Assembly: GCA_963815095.1 (NCBI GenBank)
Contig: CAWFFH010000003.1
Location: 960,001-1,024,000 of the forward strand
Reading direction: 5' to 3'
Length of the DNA: 64,000 nucleotides
From: Candidatus Bathyarchaeota archaeon
GTDB lineage: Archaea; Thermoproteota; Bathyarchaeia; Bathyarchaeales; Bathycorpusculaceae
Made by a program: the position numbers and the translations under genes
Part shown: one piece after another, positions 7,958 to 17,817 of the stretch
Numbering within the stretch: the first letter of the stretch is position 1
Layout of the letters: every line of letters begins with the position of its first letter
The notes under the pieces: generated by a model
The model's database searches: none
What the model was told of the DNA's origin: nothing
What the model saw: only the letters and a program-made list of their open reading frames with translations

Positions 7958-9475
7958 TTAAAGTGAGTCTTTGAATTTCTTTACAAACGCCTCATAATTC
8001 AGTTCAGTCATCGAAAAAGGCTCTGCACCCTCGACGACTTTGTCAATTTTTACGTTTTTCTCAATCAGCTCTATTGCTTTTGTAGTAAATTCTTCGTACT
8101 TTATTTCCACTTCGGGAATCGCGCCACGACCCTCCAAATCAGAAACAGGCAGAATGCCCAGCAATTCAACACCCGCCCTTTCAAACGCTTGGTTTACAAC
8201 AATACGGGTTTCTTCAGACATATAATTGAGGTAAACTTTGTTCAAGATGACTCCCATCGTTTTTATTCCAAGTTTTTTCAGGAAACGCGCATAGTTCAAG
8301 GCACTTACAATTCCGCCTTCTATACCCTCTTTATCGCAGCCAACCACAATCACCGTTGGTGAACCTAATGCTGCGGCTACTTCTGCGGTCGAATTAGGTC
8401 TTCTAGGCTCGTCCCAAAGCAAACCTGTAAACGCGTTCATGGCGCCTTCCACGAGCACGAAGTCGTAGTCTTTTTCTGCCCCCTTAACTACTTGGGGAAT
8501 GGATTGCCAACCTGTATCTGCAATCTCTACGGATGAATAACTTTGCATAGGTTCCTTTATGACGTAGAGTGCAGGAACGATGTCTCGAATATCCCCGCCA
8601 ATCTTTATGACGCCAACATTCCAGCCCAGCTTTTTTAATGCGCCCGCAAGGCCCGTGACTATTACTGTTTTTCCTCCTCCACTCTCCAGAGCCGTTATCA
8701 GCAAGGTGCGAGGAAGCTTTTCTTTTTGTATATTCTTGCTTTGAAGACTTATGCCTGTTGATATTCCTAGTTCGAGCTTCATTTTTTGTTTTAGCTTTGC
8801 ATTTGCTTCCCTAATTTCTTCAAGTTCAGCTAGACTGATGTCTAATGATTTGGTAATGCCGCGGATAATTATGGGGTTCTTGTCGAGTAAACCATGAGTC
8901 ATCACACCGACAACGTTACCTGAGGAGTTGCAAACGCCTGAAACGATTTCTGTTTGGTTTCTGAAATAGTTCAACCGTTTGACTTGGGAAACAATTATGG
9001 GGTTTGCTTTTTCATGTAAAATGATGTCCCCGTAGGTGTGGCAATGAAAACCTGCAACCTCAGCTCCAACTTCGTTTGTCAACAAACTGGGTCCGACAAC
9101 TTTGGCTTTAACTTGATCGGTGCAGATCATCGGTTTGAACTCAACATCAAGTAGTCCCATTCCCTTTCGGAAAATTGGTTTGGGCGATAGGCGACCGATG
9201 TCGGTTCCACGCGATAATATTTGGAAACCCGAACAGATACCTAAAACAAACTTTCCTGCGTCAGCCATTTTCAAAATCTGTTTTTTGACGCCGCCTTCGA
9301 CGGATTGTGATTCAACCAGGCTGCCCCCAGGAATAATCATCATTTCTAAGACTTCAGAGGCTGGTTTGTCTCCAACTAGACCGTTCTTGCCTATTAGGTC
9401 GGTTGGTAAGTCTCCAAATGTTTCGAAGCAGGGTAATGCTCCTGGTAAGTAGACTAAGCCGATTCTGTGCTTCAA
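7958..9475 (-). CDS. CobQ/CobB-related protein: N-terminal type I glutamine amidotransferase plus C-terminal CobB/BioD-type ATPase
   Basis: IIPGGS, GICSGFQ, GFHCH and THG in the GATase part; ESGGGKT, VEGAM, STAEVA and GVILNK in the ATPase part. Likely TTG start at 9475. Confidence 0.8.
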   Translation of the reverse strand: MKHRIGLVYLPGALPCFETFGDLPTDLIGKNGLVGDKPASEVLEMMIIPGGSLVESQSVEGGVKKQILKMADAGKFVLGICSGFQILSRGTDIGRLSPKPIFRKGMGLLDVEFKPMICTDQVKAKVVGPSLLTNEVGAEVAGFHCHTYGDIILHEKANPIIVSQVKRLNYFRNQTEIVSGVCNSSGNVVGVMTHGLLDKNPIIIRGITKSLDISLAELEEIREANAKLKQKMKLELGISTGISLQSKNIQKEKLPRTLLITALESGGGKTVIVTGLAGALKKLGWNVGVIKIGGDIRDIVPALYVIKEPMQSYSSVEIADTGWQSIPQVVKGAEKDYDFVLVEGAMNAFTGLLWDEPRRPNSTAEVAAALGSPTVIVVGCDKEGIEGGIVSALNYARFLKKLGIKTMGVILNKVYLNYMSEETRIVVNQAFERAGVELLGILPVSDLEGRGAIPEVEIKYEEFTTKAIELIEKNVKIDKVVEGAEPFSMTELNYEAFVKKFKDSL

Positions 9476-9647
9476 TTTTGTTACCTGAACTATTCTATTA
9501 ACTATTGCAAGGTTATTATTTAACATGGGTTGGCTGCAGGGTTCAATGTCAATCTTAGTTTGAGAGGCATTTTTGCAGATAACACTTCAGTTGAGTGAAA
9601 ATTAAAGAAAATTGAAGGTTATTTGGATGGTTTTTACCATTCACAAA

Positions 9648-9678
9648 GGGTTAGAATCCACCTCTAAACCAATATAAC
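9648..9678 (+). repeat. Degenerate tRNA-Leu 3' end copy 1
   Basis: gggttagaatcc-acctc-taaaccaatataac versus gggttcgaatcccaccccctgcaccaatctaac (7366-7398); the similarity extends past the CCA. Confidence 0.6.
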
Positions 9679-9784
9679 CCACATAGCAGTTGAATTGGGA
9701 CTTTGATCCTTACTTTTCGTTGGTGCCAGATAAATTTAAAGCTGTTTCAAACAATATCACTTAATAATAGTAGGAGATAAAATC

Positions 9785-10168
9785 TTGAATCCTGTTGGTC
9801 TGTGGATTTTGCACTTTGATTGGGGGCCCAGCGGGAATTATCATTGGACCCACTTATATTTTAATTTTGATGGCACTTTTGCGTACTTAGCAGGAGCAAA
9901 TGAAGGGACATGGACACAAGTAGATGATAACATAATTTGGAGATTCAAACGTCTATCAGGATCAGAAAACAACACAGTTTATTCAGGCAACTGCACTAGG
10001 AATTTTATGTCTGGTTTAATGTTGTCATTTCAAGGAGAAAAGGGACACTGGTTCGCAATTAAAAAAGGAACAAAGGTCTATTCCACAAGGGATGCCGAAA
10101 CCTTACCTTATTTGGTGAATAAACAGACAAAACTAAAATTTGACCTTATTGGAAAGAGAATAGCGTAG
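9785..10168 (+). CDS. Hypothetical protein (small beta-rich domain)
   Basis: 127 aa; AGGAG RBS before TTG; TTTAAA TATA upstream. Confidence 0.7.
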   Translation: MNPVGLWILHFDWGPSGNYHWTHLYFNFDGTFAYLAGANEGTWTQVDDNIIWRFKRLSGSENNTVYSGNCTRNFMSGLMLSFQGEKGHWFAIKKGTKVYSTRDAETLPYLVNKQTKLKFDLIGKRIA

Positions 10169-10224
10169 AAGCGTATTGCTAGAAAAAAGGGGGATATTCG
10201 AGTGACATCTCCATGGTAGATATA

Positions 10225-10250
10225 GTTCAAATTCCACCCTATGCATCCAA
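10225..10250 (+). repeat. Degenerate tRNA-Leu 3' end copy 2
   Basis: gttcaaattccaccctatgcatccaa versus gttcgaatcccaccccctgca-ccaa. Confidence 0.6.
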
Positions 10251-10539
10251 ACAAATTAGTGATAAGAAGTGTGTTTTTATTTTAAAATATATTTTTTTTC
10301 TGAAAATTTTAGAGTCGTCAAAACAGTGAGAAAGTTTTTATTTCTGACTTCTAGCTTTTTGGAAAAATAATCGGCGCAATTAGTAATCCAAAAATTTTCA
10401 TGTGTAACCTTTTTTTAAGGTTGTCGAGCTGTTGTTCGTAAAAGGTGGGCAAGGTTAAATTTAGGCTGTAATTTTTTTCTATATTCTTGACTGACAAATT
10501 AAACTGAATGCGGATTTTTGAAGGTTTAGTTGTCGTCAG

Positions 10540-10563
10540 TGTCACTTTTGACAACATTATAAA
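10540..10563 (+). promoter_or_regulatory. Palindrome TGTCA-N4-TGACA abutting the TATA box of the PQQ-repeat gene
   Basis: tgtcacttttgaca (10540-10553) followed by ttataaa (10557-10563), about 55 nt before the ATG at 10615. Confidence 0.45.
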
Positions 10564-10614
10564 TTGCGAATAAACAACTAATCTGCTATACACATAAAAA
10601 ATGTATTATAAAAA

Positions 10615-13341
10615 ATGGAGAATAAAAATACTATGTTGAAAAATAAAACAATGGCTTCCATTATTGCGATAATTCTTGTAACATCTATGGCTATCTCTAT
10701 TGGATCTATAGAAACAACAAACGCCTACACTTATAATGATGCAACTCAAACTGCAATTGATCAAGGTATGCACTGGGTAGGTATGAGTTCTAGTGCATCC
10801 GCTAACAGACTGCTTCTCTGGAGTAGATTCCATGATAATATTCCCACATGGACATTCGGTGTTGCTTCGCCAAATCCAGTCGGTGTTGGTCAAACATTCA
10901 ACCTCATTATGATGAACCCGCAAGTACCACCAAATGCATTATTGGGAAACAACATCAGATACCAATTTCACACTGTCATAACAAGACCTGACGGAACAAC
11001 CGAAACGCTCCCTGCTTCTGGTCAAACCGCTGGAAATGTTGGAGGCGGCGAAGGAGGCATCTCAGGCAATGTTTTCGTTTCTGACTCAACAGGATCAACC
11101 TACACAGCAATTACCCCCGACCAAGTTGGCAACTACTCAATTACAGTCTTCTTCCATCAACTATACTACGGCTGGAATTCAACAACTGGCGGAAGCAATG
11201 ATTATTATGGCACAACTTTCCTAGCAAGCAACTATACTTTTACAGTCCAGGTACAACAAGACCCAGTTAGTATTAACGGTCTTCCACTCATACAATCGGA
11301 ACCAACTGAATACTGGACCCGCCCTATCGAAGGACAAAATGATCAATGGTACACTGTATCTTCCAACTGGCTAAATAACGCACACGATGCAGACAATGGA
11401 GGAACTGAGAACAGATATCAACCTGACGGGATTGCACCAAACAGCCCACACATCCTCTGGACAAGACCAACAGAAGACAACGGCATCTTAGGAGGGACTA
11501 ACGATGGACGAACTGGCTCTGGCAACGCTTTCAACGCAGGCTCTCAATATCAACCAAGATTCAACAACCCAATAATAATGTACGGAAGACTCTACTACAC
11601 TCCAAACACAGTCTACAGCGGCACAAGCCAGTTGCTCGATTGTGTTGACCTAAAGACCGGCGAATTAATCTACGAAATAGACACTACAGAATTAACAGGG
11701 CGCTCAAACGTACCAACTTTCGGATACTATTACAGTGATGATAACCCTAACGAACACGGAATTGCAAATCCAGGCTGGCTATTCACAAACAACTATGCAA
11801 TCGGCTACCAACCAGAACGAGGCTTCCCATATCTCAACGTTACTGGCGTTCCCAATGGCTTTGAGGTACAAGGTTACGCAGGTGAAAACCTACGTTATGT
11901 CTTAAGCGGAAGCACCACAACTGGTTACGCTCTTGGTCAATGGAACTCGTCACAAGCTATTTCTTCGAGAAACCCCTCATCAAATCAAATAAACGCAAGC
12001 ACCATATCTAGCTATGACTGGAACGTATCTATCGGCAAATTATTCTCAACAGCGCCAACCATTAGAGCCGTCAAAGACAATACCTATGTTTGGGGTACTA
12101 ACGGTTCTTGGCCTACTGGTACAAGCGCTCCCTCATATGCTTATGTAGATGAGGTTACCGTTTGGGCAATCAGCATCAAACCAGGAAGCGAAGGGCAACT
12201 ACTCTACATGAAGAACATAGACATCGATGATGAAGCAACCAACCAGAACATTCTCTTTGAACGAGCAACCGGAGCTGAAGAACGATTTGTAGGTCTTGAA
12301 GTTCCAAGCTGCACTTTCTACATCTGGGATATGAGCAATGGAAATCTAGTTGCAACAACTGATGCACAATCTGACTGGCAAGCTTATGGATACTTTACTT
12401 GGCCAAGCCTGATTTCACAAACACAAACGAAGATGGCATATGGTATTCTTTATACTGGTGGATATACTGGAGCAGTTTCTGCTTACAGCTTAGCTGATGG
12501 CAGTTTACTCTGGAGAGATATCTATCCATCTGGTGGAGAGAAGATTCCTAACTTCGTTCAAATGATCGGTATGATTGCTGACGGGAAAATTTACGTTGGA
12601 ACTCATGAACACTCAGCAGATACTCCACTCTACAAAGGCGAACGCCTCCACTGTCTTAACGCTACAACTGGCGAGACCATCTGGGATCTTTCAGGATGGG
12701 CCTATCCAATGACTTTCGCTACAGCTGACGGCGTCTTAATCTATTGGAACAACTATGATGCACAAGTCTATGCAATAGGTAAAGGACCTACCGATCTTCA
12801 AGTGGATGCACCAAAGACAGCAATAGATCTAGGCAGATCACTAGTAATTAGCGGAACAGTTATGGACATTTCTGCCGGCACAAAACAAAACGAACAAGCT
12901 ATGAGATTCCCTAACGGAGTTCCAGCAGTCTCTGAAGACTCTCAGACACAATGGATGGCTTACGTCTACATGCAAAAAGGCAGACCAACAAACACCACTG
13001 GTGTACCAATTACCTTGAGCGTTGTTGATGCAAACGGCAACTACAGAGACATAGGAACCACTACAAGCGATGCAATGGGCGCATTTAGCTATAAATGGAC
13101 ACCAGACATAGAAGGCAAATATACAGTCTTCGCATCATTCGCTGGATCCGAATCCTACTGGTCATCTTACGCCGAAACAAGTCTCGCGGTCGACCCAGCA
13201 GCACCAACTCTAGCACCAACTGAAACTCCAGCGCAACCAATGTCAGATACATACTTTGTTCCAGCAGTTGCAGGAATCATTGTAGCCATAATAGTAGTCG
13301 GTCTCATACTGGCATTATTGATGCTTAGAAAACGACCTTAA
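10615..13341 (+). CDS. Secreted, C-terminally anchored PQQ-like beta-propeller surface protein
   Basis: Signal peptide; PNPVGVGQ, CVDLKTGE, AYSLADGSLLW, CLNATTGETIW and YAIGKGP motifs; Ig-like C-domain; TM followed by RKRP. Confidence 0.85.
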   Translation: MENKNTMLKNKTMASIIAIILVTSMAISIGSIETTNAYTYNDATQTAIDQGMHWVGMSSSASANRLLLWSRFHDNIPTWTFGVASPNPVGVGQTFNLIMMNPQVPPNALLGNNIRYQFHTVITRPDGTTETLPASGQTAGNVGGGEGGISGNVFVSDSTGSTYTAITPDQVGNYSITVFFHQLYYGWNSTTGGSNDYYGTTFLASNYTFTVQVQQDPVSINGLPLIQSEPTEYWTRPIEGQNDQWYTVSSNWLNNAHDADNGGTENRYQPDGIAPNSPHILWTRPTEDNGILGGTNDGRTGSGNAFNAGSQYQPRFNNPIIMYGRLYYTPNTVYSGTSQLLDCVDLKTGELIYEIDTTELTGRSNVPTFGYYYSDDNPNEHGIANPGWLFTNNYAIGYQPERGFPYLNVTGVPNGFEVQGYAGENLRYVLSGSTTTGYALGQWNSSQAISSRNPSSNQINASTISSYDWNVSIGKLFSTAPTIRAVKDNTYVWGTNGSWPTGTSAPSYAYVDEVTVWAISIKPGSEGQLLYMKNIDIDDEATNQNILFERATGAEERFVGLEVPSCTFYIWDMSNGNLVATTDAQSDWQAYGYFTWPSLISQTQTKMAYGILYTGGYTGAVSAYSLADGSLLWRDIYPSGGEKIPNFVQMIGMIADGKIYVGTHEHSADTPLYKGERLHCLNATTGETIWDLSGWAYPMTFATADGVLIYWNNYDAQVYAIGKGPTDLQVDAPKTAIDLGRSLVISGTVMDISAGTKQNEQAMRFPNGVPAVSEDSQTQWMAYVYMQKGRPTNTTGVPITLSVVDANGNYRDIGTTTSDAMGAFSYKWTPDIEGKYTVFASFAGSESYWSSYAETSLAVDPAAPTLAPTETPAQPMSDTYFVPAVAGIIVAIIVVGLILALLMLRKRP

Positions 13342-13408
13342 AAATGCGAAACCAAAATTATCTTTCCCCTTTTTTAGTCTTAAAGAAACAAATGAAAAGA
13401 AAAATAGC

Positions 13409-13535
13409 ATGTTGGAGTATGATGGGGCTGAGTAGGCTCTGGTTGAGATTTACGAAATAGCCATAGAGAGTTTGCATTCTCTCTTTTCTCCTTAATATGG
13501 TGCCGGAGCCTCAGCAAACCCTTCATAACCAACAT
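13409..13535 (+). ncRNA. Candidate structured RNA: long irregular hairpin with a bulge-helix-bulge-like motif
   Basis: Nested pairings ATGTTGG/CCAACAT, TATGA/TCATA, (G)CTGA/TCAG(C) with 3-nt bulges, GGCTCTGG/CCGGAGCC, CCATA/TATGG and AGAGAG/CTCTCT. Confidence 0.45.
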
Positions 13536-13593
13536 ATTTAGTGTGAGACTTCAACTCAAAACTGATTATGCCTAATATCTTTACCTATTTTCG

Positions 13594-14379
13594 CTATTTT
13601 TTAGACACTTTGGCTTGTTTCCACAAGCCGTCAAAATAAAGTTGAGCTAAGGTTACAACATTACTGTTGTTTGTCCACATGTTCGGAACCAAACGCTCAG
13701 ACGTTCGCAGATTAACTTCTTTACCATCAATAATTGTTAACCCAACGGGGACACTTTTTGAAAGCAATTTTAGTTTGAACCCGGGAATATTGATTATCGT
13801 TTGGGTATTTTGGTTTGGTAAGTTGCTCTTCCATTCGTCGGTTATTGCTCGAATTCTCGCGCCTCTATCTACAGATTTTTTGAATGCTTCGATTGCATGA
13901 AATGTAATCAGTGAAAGCTTCTCTTTTGAATAAATTATATCAATACTTGTTTGTGCTAACGCAATTTCATTATTCAATTTCTTTAAGAACAACTTTCTCT
14001 CTGAAGTAATAATAAATTGCGATCTGTCTTCATGCCAGATCTTTTCAGAATCGAATTCGAAACTCTCTTCCATCAACTTTGCTTTATATTGTGCTTGCTG
14101 ATATTCCTCGGTTTTCTTTTCCATAAGCTTAGAAAGGGCATGCTTTAATAAAATTGACCTATACCTGACTGGATTAGCAATGACCTTAACTACCAAGCCC
14201 TGTTTTTCGAGGGTGGGTAATATTCTGTATATATCTTGACGGGCAACATTAGATATTTGTGAAATCTTTCTTACGTCTGCCTCGACAGGTCCAATTTTTA
14301 ATAAAGCAAAATATACTTTCGCCTGCAAATAAGTGAGCCCTAAACTAACGAAACTATGAAAGGGTTCTTCTTGGGTCAT
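13594..14379 (-). CDS. TrmB-family transcriptional regulator
   Basis: LGLTYLQAKVYFALL..VARQDIYRILPTLEKQGLV HTH; C-terminal effector domain (IIDGKEV). Confidence 0.85.
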   Translation of the reverse strand: MTQEEPFHSFVSLGLTYLQAKVYFALLKIGPVEADVRKISQISNVARQDIYRILPTLEKQGLVVKVIANPVRYRSILLKHALSKLMEKKTEEYQQAQYKAKLMEESFEFDSEKIWHEDRSQFIITSERKLFLKKLNNEIALAQTSIDIIYSKEKLSLITFHAIEAFKKSVDRGARIRAITDEWKSNLPNQNTQTIINIPGFKLKLLSKSVPVGLTIIDGKEVNLRTSERLVPNMWTNNSNVVTLAQLYFDGLWKQAKVSKK

Positions 14380-14523
14380 CTCGACATAAAACCATGGCTA
14401 GTTTATTTCTAATACTTTAATAATTTTTCCTAAAACAAACTTTCAATTTTTTACGACTTTTGAACTGCCAAACTTGAAGCGTTATAAACAGATAATATAT
14501 TATAAATAAGCAGGCGTTTGCTG

Positions 14524-15108
14524 CTATGCAGTTCTTCTTGCTCCGCAGTTAGGGCAGGCAAGTGTGGCTTCTGGCATCGCTTTTTGGCAGTATTCGCATG
14601 CTACGAGCCGCAGTTTCGGCGGTTCATTTATCGGCTTTTGACTTTGTGGAATGACTTGAAATTCCATCTCTTTTGTAGTTATGTCTGGTCTTCCATGAAC
14701 AGCGACGACGCCTTTTATTTGCCATTGGACTGTGTCGTCAGTGGACATAAAGGTTGGGCGTGAGCCAGCAGGAATATTAATGATGAATTTGAAAGTTCTG
14801 CTAATTCCATTAATTAGTTCGATAGCAGAGTTGCAGGCAGGTTTTGCTTGGAACAAGATTCTATTTTCAGTCACTTGCCGAGTGACCATGCGTTTAATCG
14901 CGGGGTCATATTCTGTTCTCATAACTTGGGCAGTCTCTGAGCATTTGATCTCACATCGGATTTCTTCTGCCTGAATATATTCATGAGGAGAAATTGTAAA
15001 TGCTCCTTCAATGTTCTCCCCTAAAACGGCATACTGATCGGATAGTTGAAGATTGGCGTCTGCTTTTGGAGCGACCAAATGGCTTTGTATCTTCTTTAAG
15101 AATCCCAT
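14524..15108 (-). CDS. Arrestin-N/SpoOM-like beta-sandwich protein with C-terminal zinc ribbon
   Basis: GENIEG..FKFIINIPAGSRPT..WQIKGVV; CEYC..CPNCG. Confidence 0.65.
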   Translation of the reverse strand: MGFLKKIQSHLVAPKADANLQLSDQYAVLGENIEGAFTISPHEYIQAEEIRCEIKCSETAQVMRTEYDPAIKRMVTRQVTENRILFQAKPACNSAIELINGISRTFKFIINIPAGSRPTFMSTDDTVQWQIKGVVAVHGRPDITTKEMEFQVIPQSQKPINEPPKLRLVACEYCQKAMPEATLACPNCGARRTA

Positions 15109-15257
15109 CGATATCAAAAATATGTGTGGACTATGAGCTAAAAAACTTTTCAGTTAGCAAATTGCCCTGTAATAGAAGGTCCGCTCATTTATTCAAAGAT
15201 ACCGAAGTTGTTGAATAGTTTTAATACTTTAAATTGCCATTGTGCAAAGGGTTTGAA

Positions 15258-15614
15258 TTGACTAACGAATTTACTCCGCATTACATACTTATCCGTTTAA
15301 TTGCATCAAACATAATTTTAGATATTATTGCATTAGCAATTTGGGGAGCATTGCCGTCCACTCAATGGAGCATTTATCGGTTAGGGTTCTTAATTGTCGG
15401 CACAGAAGCCGCCTTAGCTGCATCATTATTTGCATTAACGCTTTTTGGGTTAATCAAAAGACAAAAATGGGCTCCGTTCCTAGCAATAGCCATCACTTCA
15501 ACTCAACGCGTTTTAGCCACTTATGTGTTCTTTCCAAGCCCCGCAATTGCGGTCACACTAATCTGGAGCTTAATAATAATTTACTTCGGCTACAAAGAAT
15601 TGAAACAACGCTAA
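15258..15614 (+). CDS. Hypothetical membrane protein
   Basis: Four hydrophobic segments; likely TTG start at 15258. Confidence 0.6.
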   Translation: MTNEFTPHYILIRLIASNIILDIIALAIWGALPSTQWSIYRLGFLIVGTEAALAASLFALTLFGLIKRQKWAPFLAIAITSTQRVLATYVFFPSPAIAVTLIWSLIIIYFGYKELKQR

Positions 15615-15712
15615 CCAAACACAAGAAGTTCGTTAAAAGAAAAAATATTTATTTTCTGCAAAGAAAACTAAAGTCATCGCCAACGTTGAATTTCGGAGAA
15701 ACTGAATAGATT

Positions 15713-16612
15713 ATGAATTTTGATAAAACAGCATTTACAAAAACAACAATTCTAATTGTCTCAGTTTCGTTTTTGCTGTTTAACATCTATCAGGCAACCA
15801 CTACAACAATTTTTCTTTCACATTTCCAATTAGTAATCATTGATCTGCCTCACTTCATAAAAAGCTCTAATCCAAACCTACAACTAGCACTCTTCTTATT
15901 CCAAGAAATTGCAGGTTCAATTGGTAGTTATCTACGTTTGATAGGCGCAATATTTGCTTTAGATTGTGCGGTTCTTTTTTTCAAAAAAGACTTAAAGTAC
16001 CTTGAGAGATTTGGGAAAGTGCTTCTTTTTGAATCACTTTACTTTCTGTTGCTTCTTCCTGCTGCATTAAATCACCTTGTTGGCTCGATCATTTCATCCA
16101 GCGCGTTTCTGAATTTTTACACTGGCATCTCATGTCTAATTCAAGCAGCTCTAATTTTTCCTCCGCTATTTATGCTGAGTCGCAAGTTGAGAAAACCCCA
16201 AGATTATCTTCCTATCCTAAAGTGGGCAGGTATCAGCGCCGTATTGTATATTTTCGGGTTTTGGGTTAGACACGGATTACTCTGGGTTTATGCACTTTTG
16301 CCTCTAGGAAATCAGCCCACAGGCTTAGTTGATGTTATTGGGTCTGCTAATTCATTGCTAACTTTACTGGTGTCTGCAATAGTTACTTGGGCTGCTGTTT
16401 TAATTTCTATGAATAAGAAGAGAATTGACTTTATGTTGGCGGGGATTGCCATAATTTTGGTTGGCAGTTACTTTGTCATCTATGATTTAGTTTCAATCTG
16501 GTCACCGATTTACCGGGATTTCTTGCCCTTAACGGATTTTTGGATGATAACTCTCCCAATTCTCGGCATCGCCATCTATCTATTCACCAAAAATGACAAA
16601 AAAGAGATTTAG
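15713..16612 (+). CDS. Hypothetical polytopic membrane protein
   Basis: 299 aa with about 8 hydrophobic segments. Confidence 0.7.
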   Translation: MNFDKTAFTKTTILIVSVSFLLFNIYQATTTTIFLSHFQLVIIDLPHFIKSSNPNLQLALFLFQEIAGSIGSYLRLIGAIFALDCAVLFFKKDLKYLERFGKVLLFESLYFLLLLPAALNHLVGSIISSSAFLNFYTGISCLIQAALIFPPLFMLSRKLRKPQDYLPILKWAGISAVLYIFGFWVRHGLLWVYALLPLGNQPTGLVDVIGSANSLLTLLVSAIVTWAAVLISMNKKRIDFMLAGIAIILVGSYFVIYDLVSIWSPIYRDFLPLTDFWMITLPILGIAIYLFTKNDKKEI

Positions 16613-16782
16613 AAGGTTCGAAGTCACCATTTCAGAGAGTATCCTGGGATATGGAAGTTACTTCCAGTAATCTTCAGTTCTGAAAAGACTTGAAGAAGTT
16701 TCGTAAAGCTTTGAGAATACTGCTAAGTCGTAGGTACCCATATAATCTTCGGCATCATTTAAGTCAAGAAGAGTGATATAAA

Positions 16783-17070
16783 ATGACAGAAAAACCTAAT
16801 GACGTAATTTTCGTCGGAAACAAACCGCCAATGAGCTATGTGCTTGCCATAATAACCGCATTCTCAGGGTCTCAAAAAGAAATTACCCTGAAAGCTCGAG
16901 GACAAGCAATCACCACAGCAGTTGACTGCGCAGAAATCGCAAGAAACCGTTTCATAAAAGACCTCAAAGTTGCAAAGGTCACAATCGGCACTGCAGAAAT
17001 GCCACCACGCGAAGGCGAAAGCAGGTCCCGAATGGTTTCCACAATGGAAATAACTCTAGTAAAGCCCTAA
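16783..17070 (+). CDS. albA: DNA/RNA-binding protein Alba (copy A)
   Basis: IFVGNKPPMSYVLA..LKARGQAITTAVDCAEI..VSTMEITL. Confidence 0.95.
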   Translation: MTEKPNDVIFVGNKPPMSYVLAIITAFSGSQKEITLKARGQAITTAVDCAEIARNRFIKDLKVAKVTIGTAEMPPREGESRSRMVSTMEITLVKP

Positions 17071-17414
17071 ACAAGGAGTTTTATTTCTCCACATTTTTTA
17101 TTAATCCGTAATATTTTTGTCTTAAAACTAATCACAAATCGGGCGTTATGAAAACAAATCGTTCGAATATTATTTTTACAGGTATTGATGGTGCGATAAA
17201 ACCTATTATGCCTTTTCCAAGATATCGCCAAGATTTGGATGAACTCACCAATGCCAGAATGCAGCAAACACCGAGAGCTTTGGAAAAAAATGGGTCTGCG
17301 AAAATAACTAGAGTTTAACAAAAATCAACAATTGCAAATTATTTCTAAAAGTTGAGCTAAAATTAAAAATAAAAAAGGATGTTTTTAATTGAGTAAGATG
17401 TTAAGCTTAAGAGC

Positions 17415-17558
17415 TTAGTATCTGCGTGGTGGTCTACGTTTTGCATAGCATTCTCGGCAGTATACTGGCCTGCTTCCGTCTGGTTTGAATGGAACATCGC
17501 ATTCTTTTCCACAGTCTGCGCAGGTTGCCTTGTGCATCTCTTTATCGCCATATGACAT
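17415..17558 (-). CDS. CxxC-x17-CxxC zinc-binding small protein (47 aa)
   Basis: Below the track cutoff: MSYGDKEMHKATCADCGKECDVPFKPDGSRPVYCRECYAKRRPPRRY; GGAAGTGA RBS. Confidence 0.92.
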   Translation of the reverse strand: MSYGDKEMHKATCADCGKECDVPFKPDGSRPVYCRECYAKRRPPRRY

Positions 17559-17586
17559 TTCTATTTTTCACTTCCTTTTACTACTC

Positions 17587-17738
17587 TGCAGATTCCTCTG
17601 CATGCTTGTGTAACACGTGCTTACACTAAAGCTTATCCGTTAAAAACAACCATTCGAGGTGATATTTTCACTCATAATCACCTTTCCGTCCGCAACTCAT
17701 GAAAACCTGTGCGGGGATAAACTCAGAGATTACCCACA
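17587..17738 (-). promoter_or_regulatory. Candidate structured 5' leader of the CxxC-x17-CxxC gene
   Basis: Consecutive inverted repeats TGCAGA/TCTGCA, GTGTAA/TTACAC, AGGTGAT/ATCACCT and CCGCA/TGCGG. Confidence 0.4.
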
Positions 17739-17817
17739 TTTTATTATTAGTTCTCGCTAATTATTCAGAAGCTTGAAAAAAGAAAATTTTGTGAGTACAC
17801 ACTTCCAGAGCTTAAGA

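Noticed and set aside
13419-13431. C/D box sRNA (ATGATG...CTGA)
   Set aside because: The boxes are only a few bases apart with no guide regions; the long hairpin explains the sequence better.
16615-16628. Fifth tRNA-Leu scar ggttcgaagtcacc
   Set aside because: Only 8 contiguous identical bases; position fits but it is too short to list as a feature.
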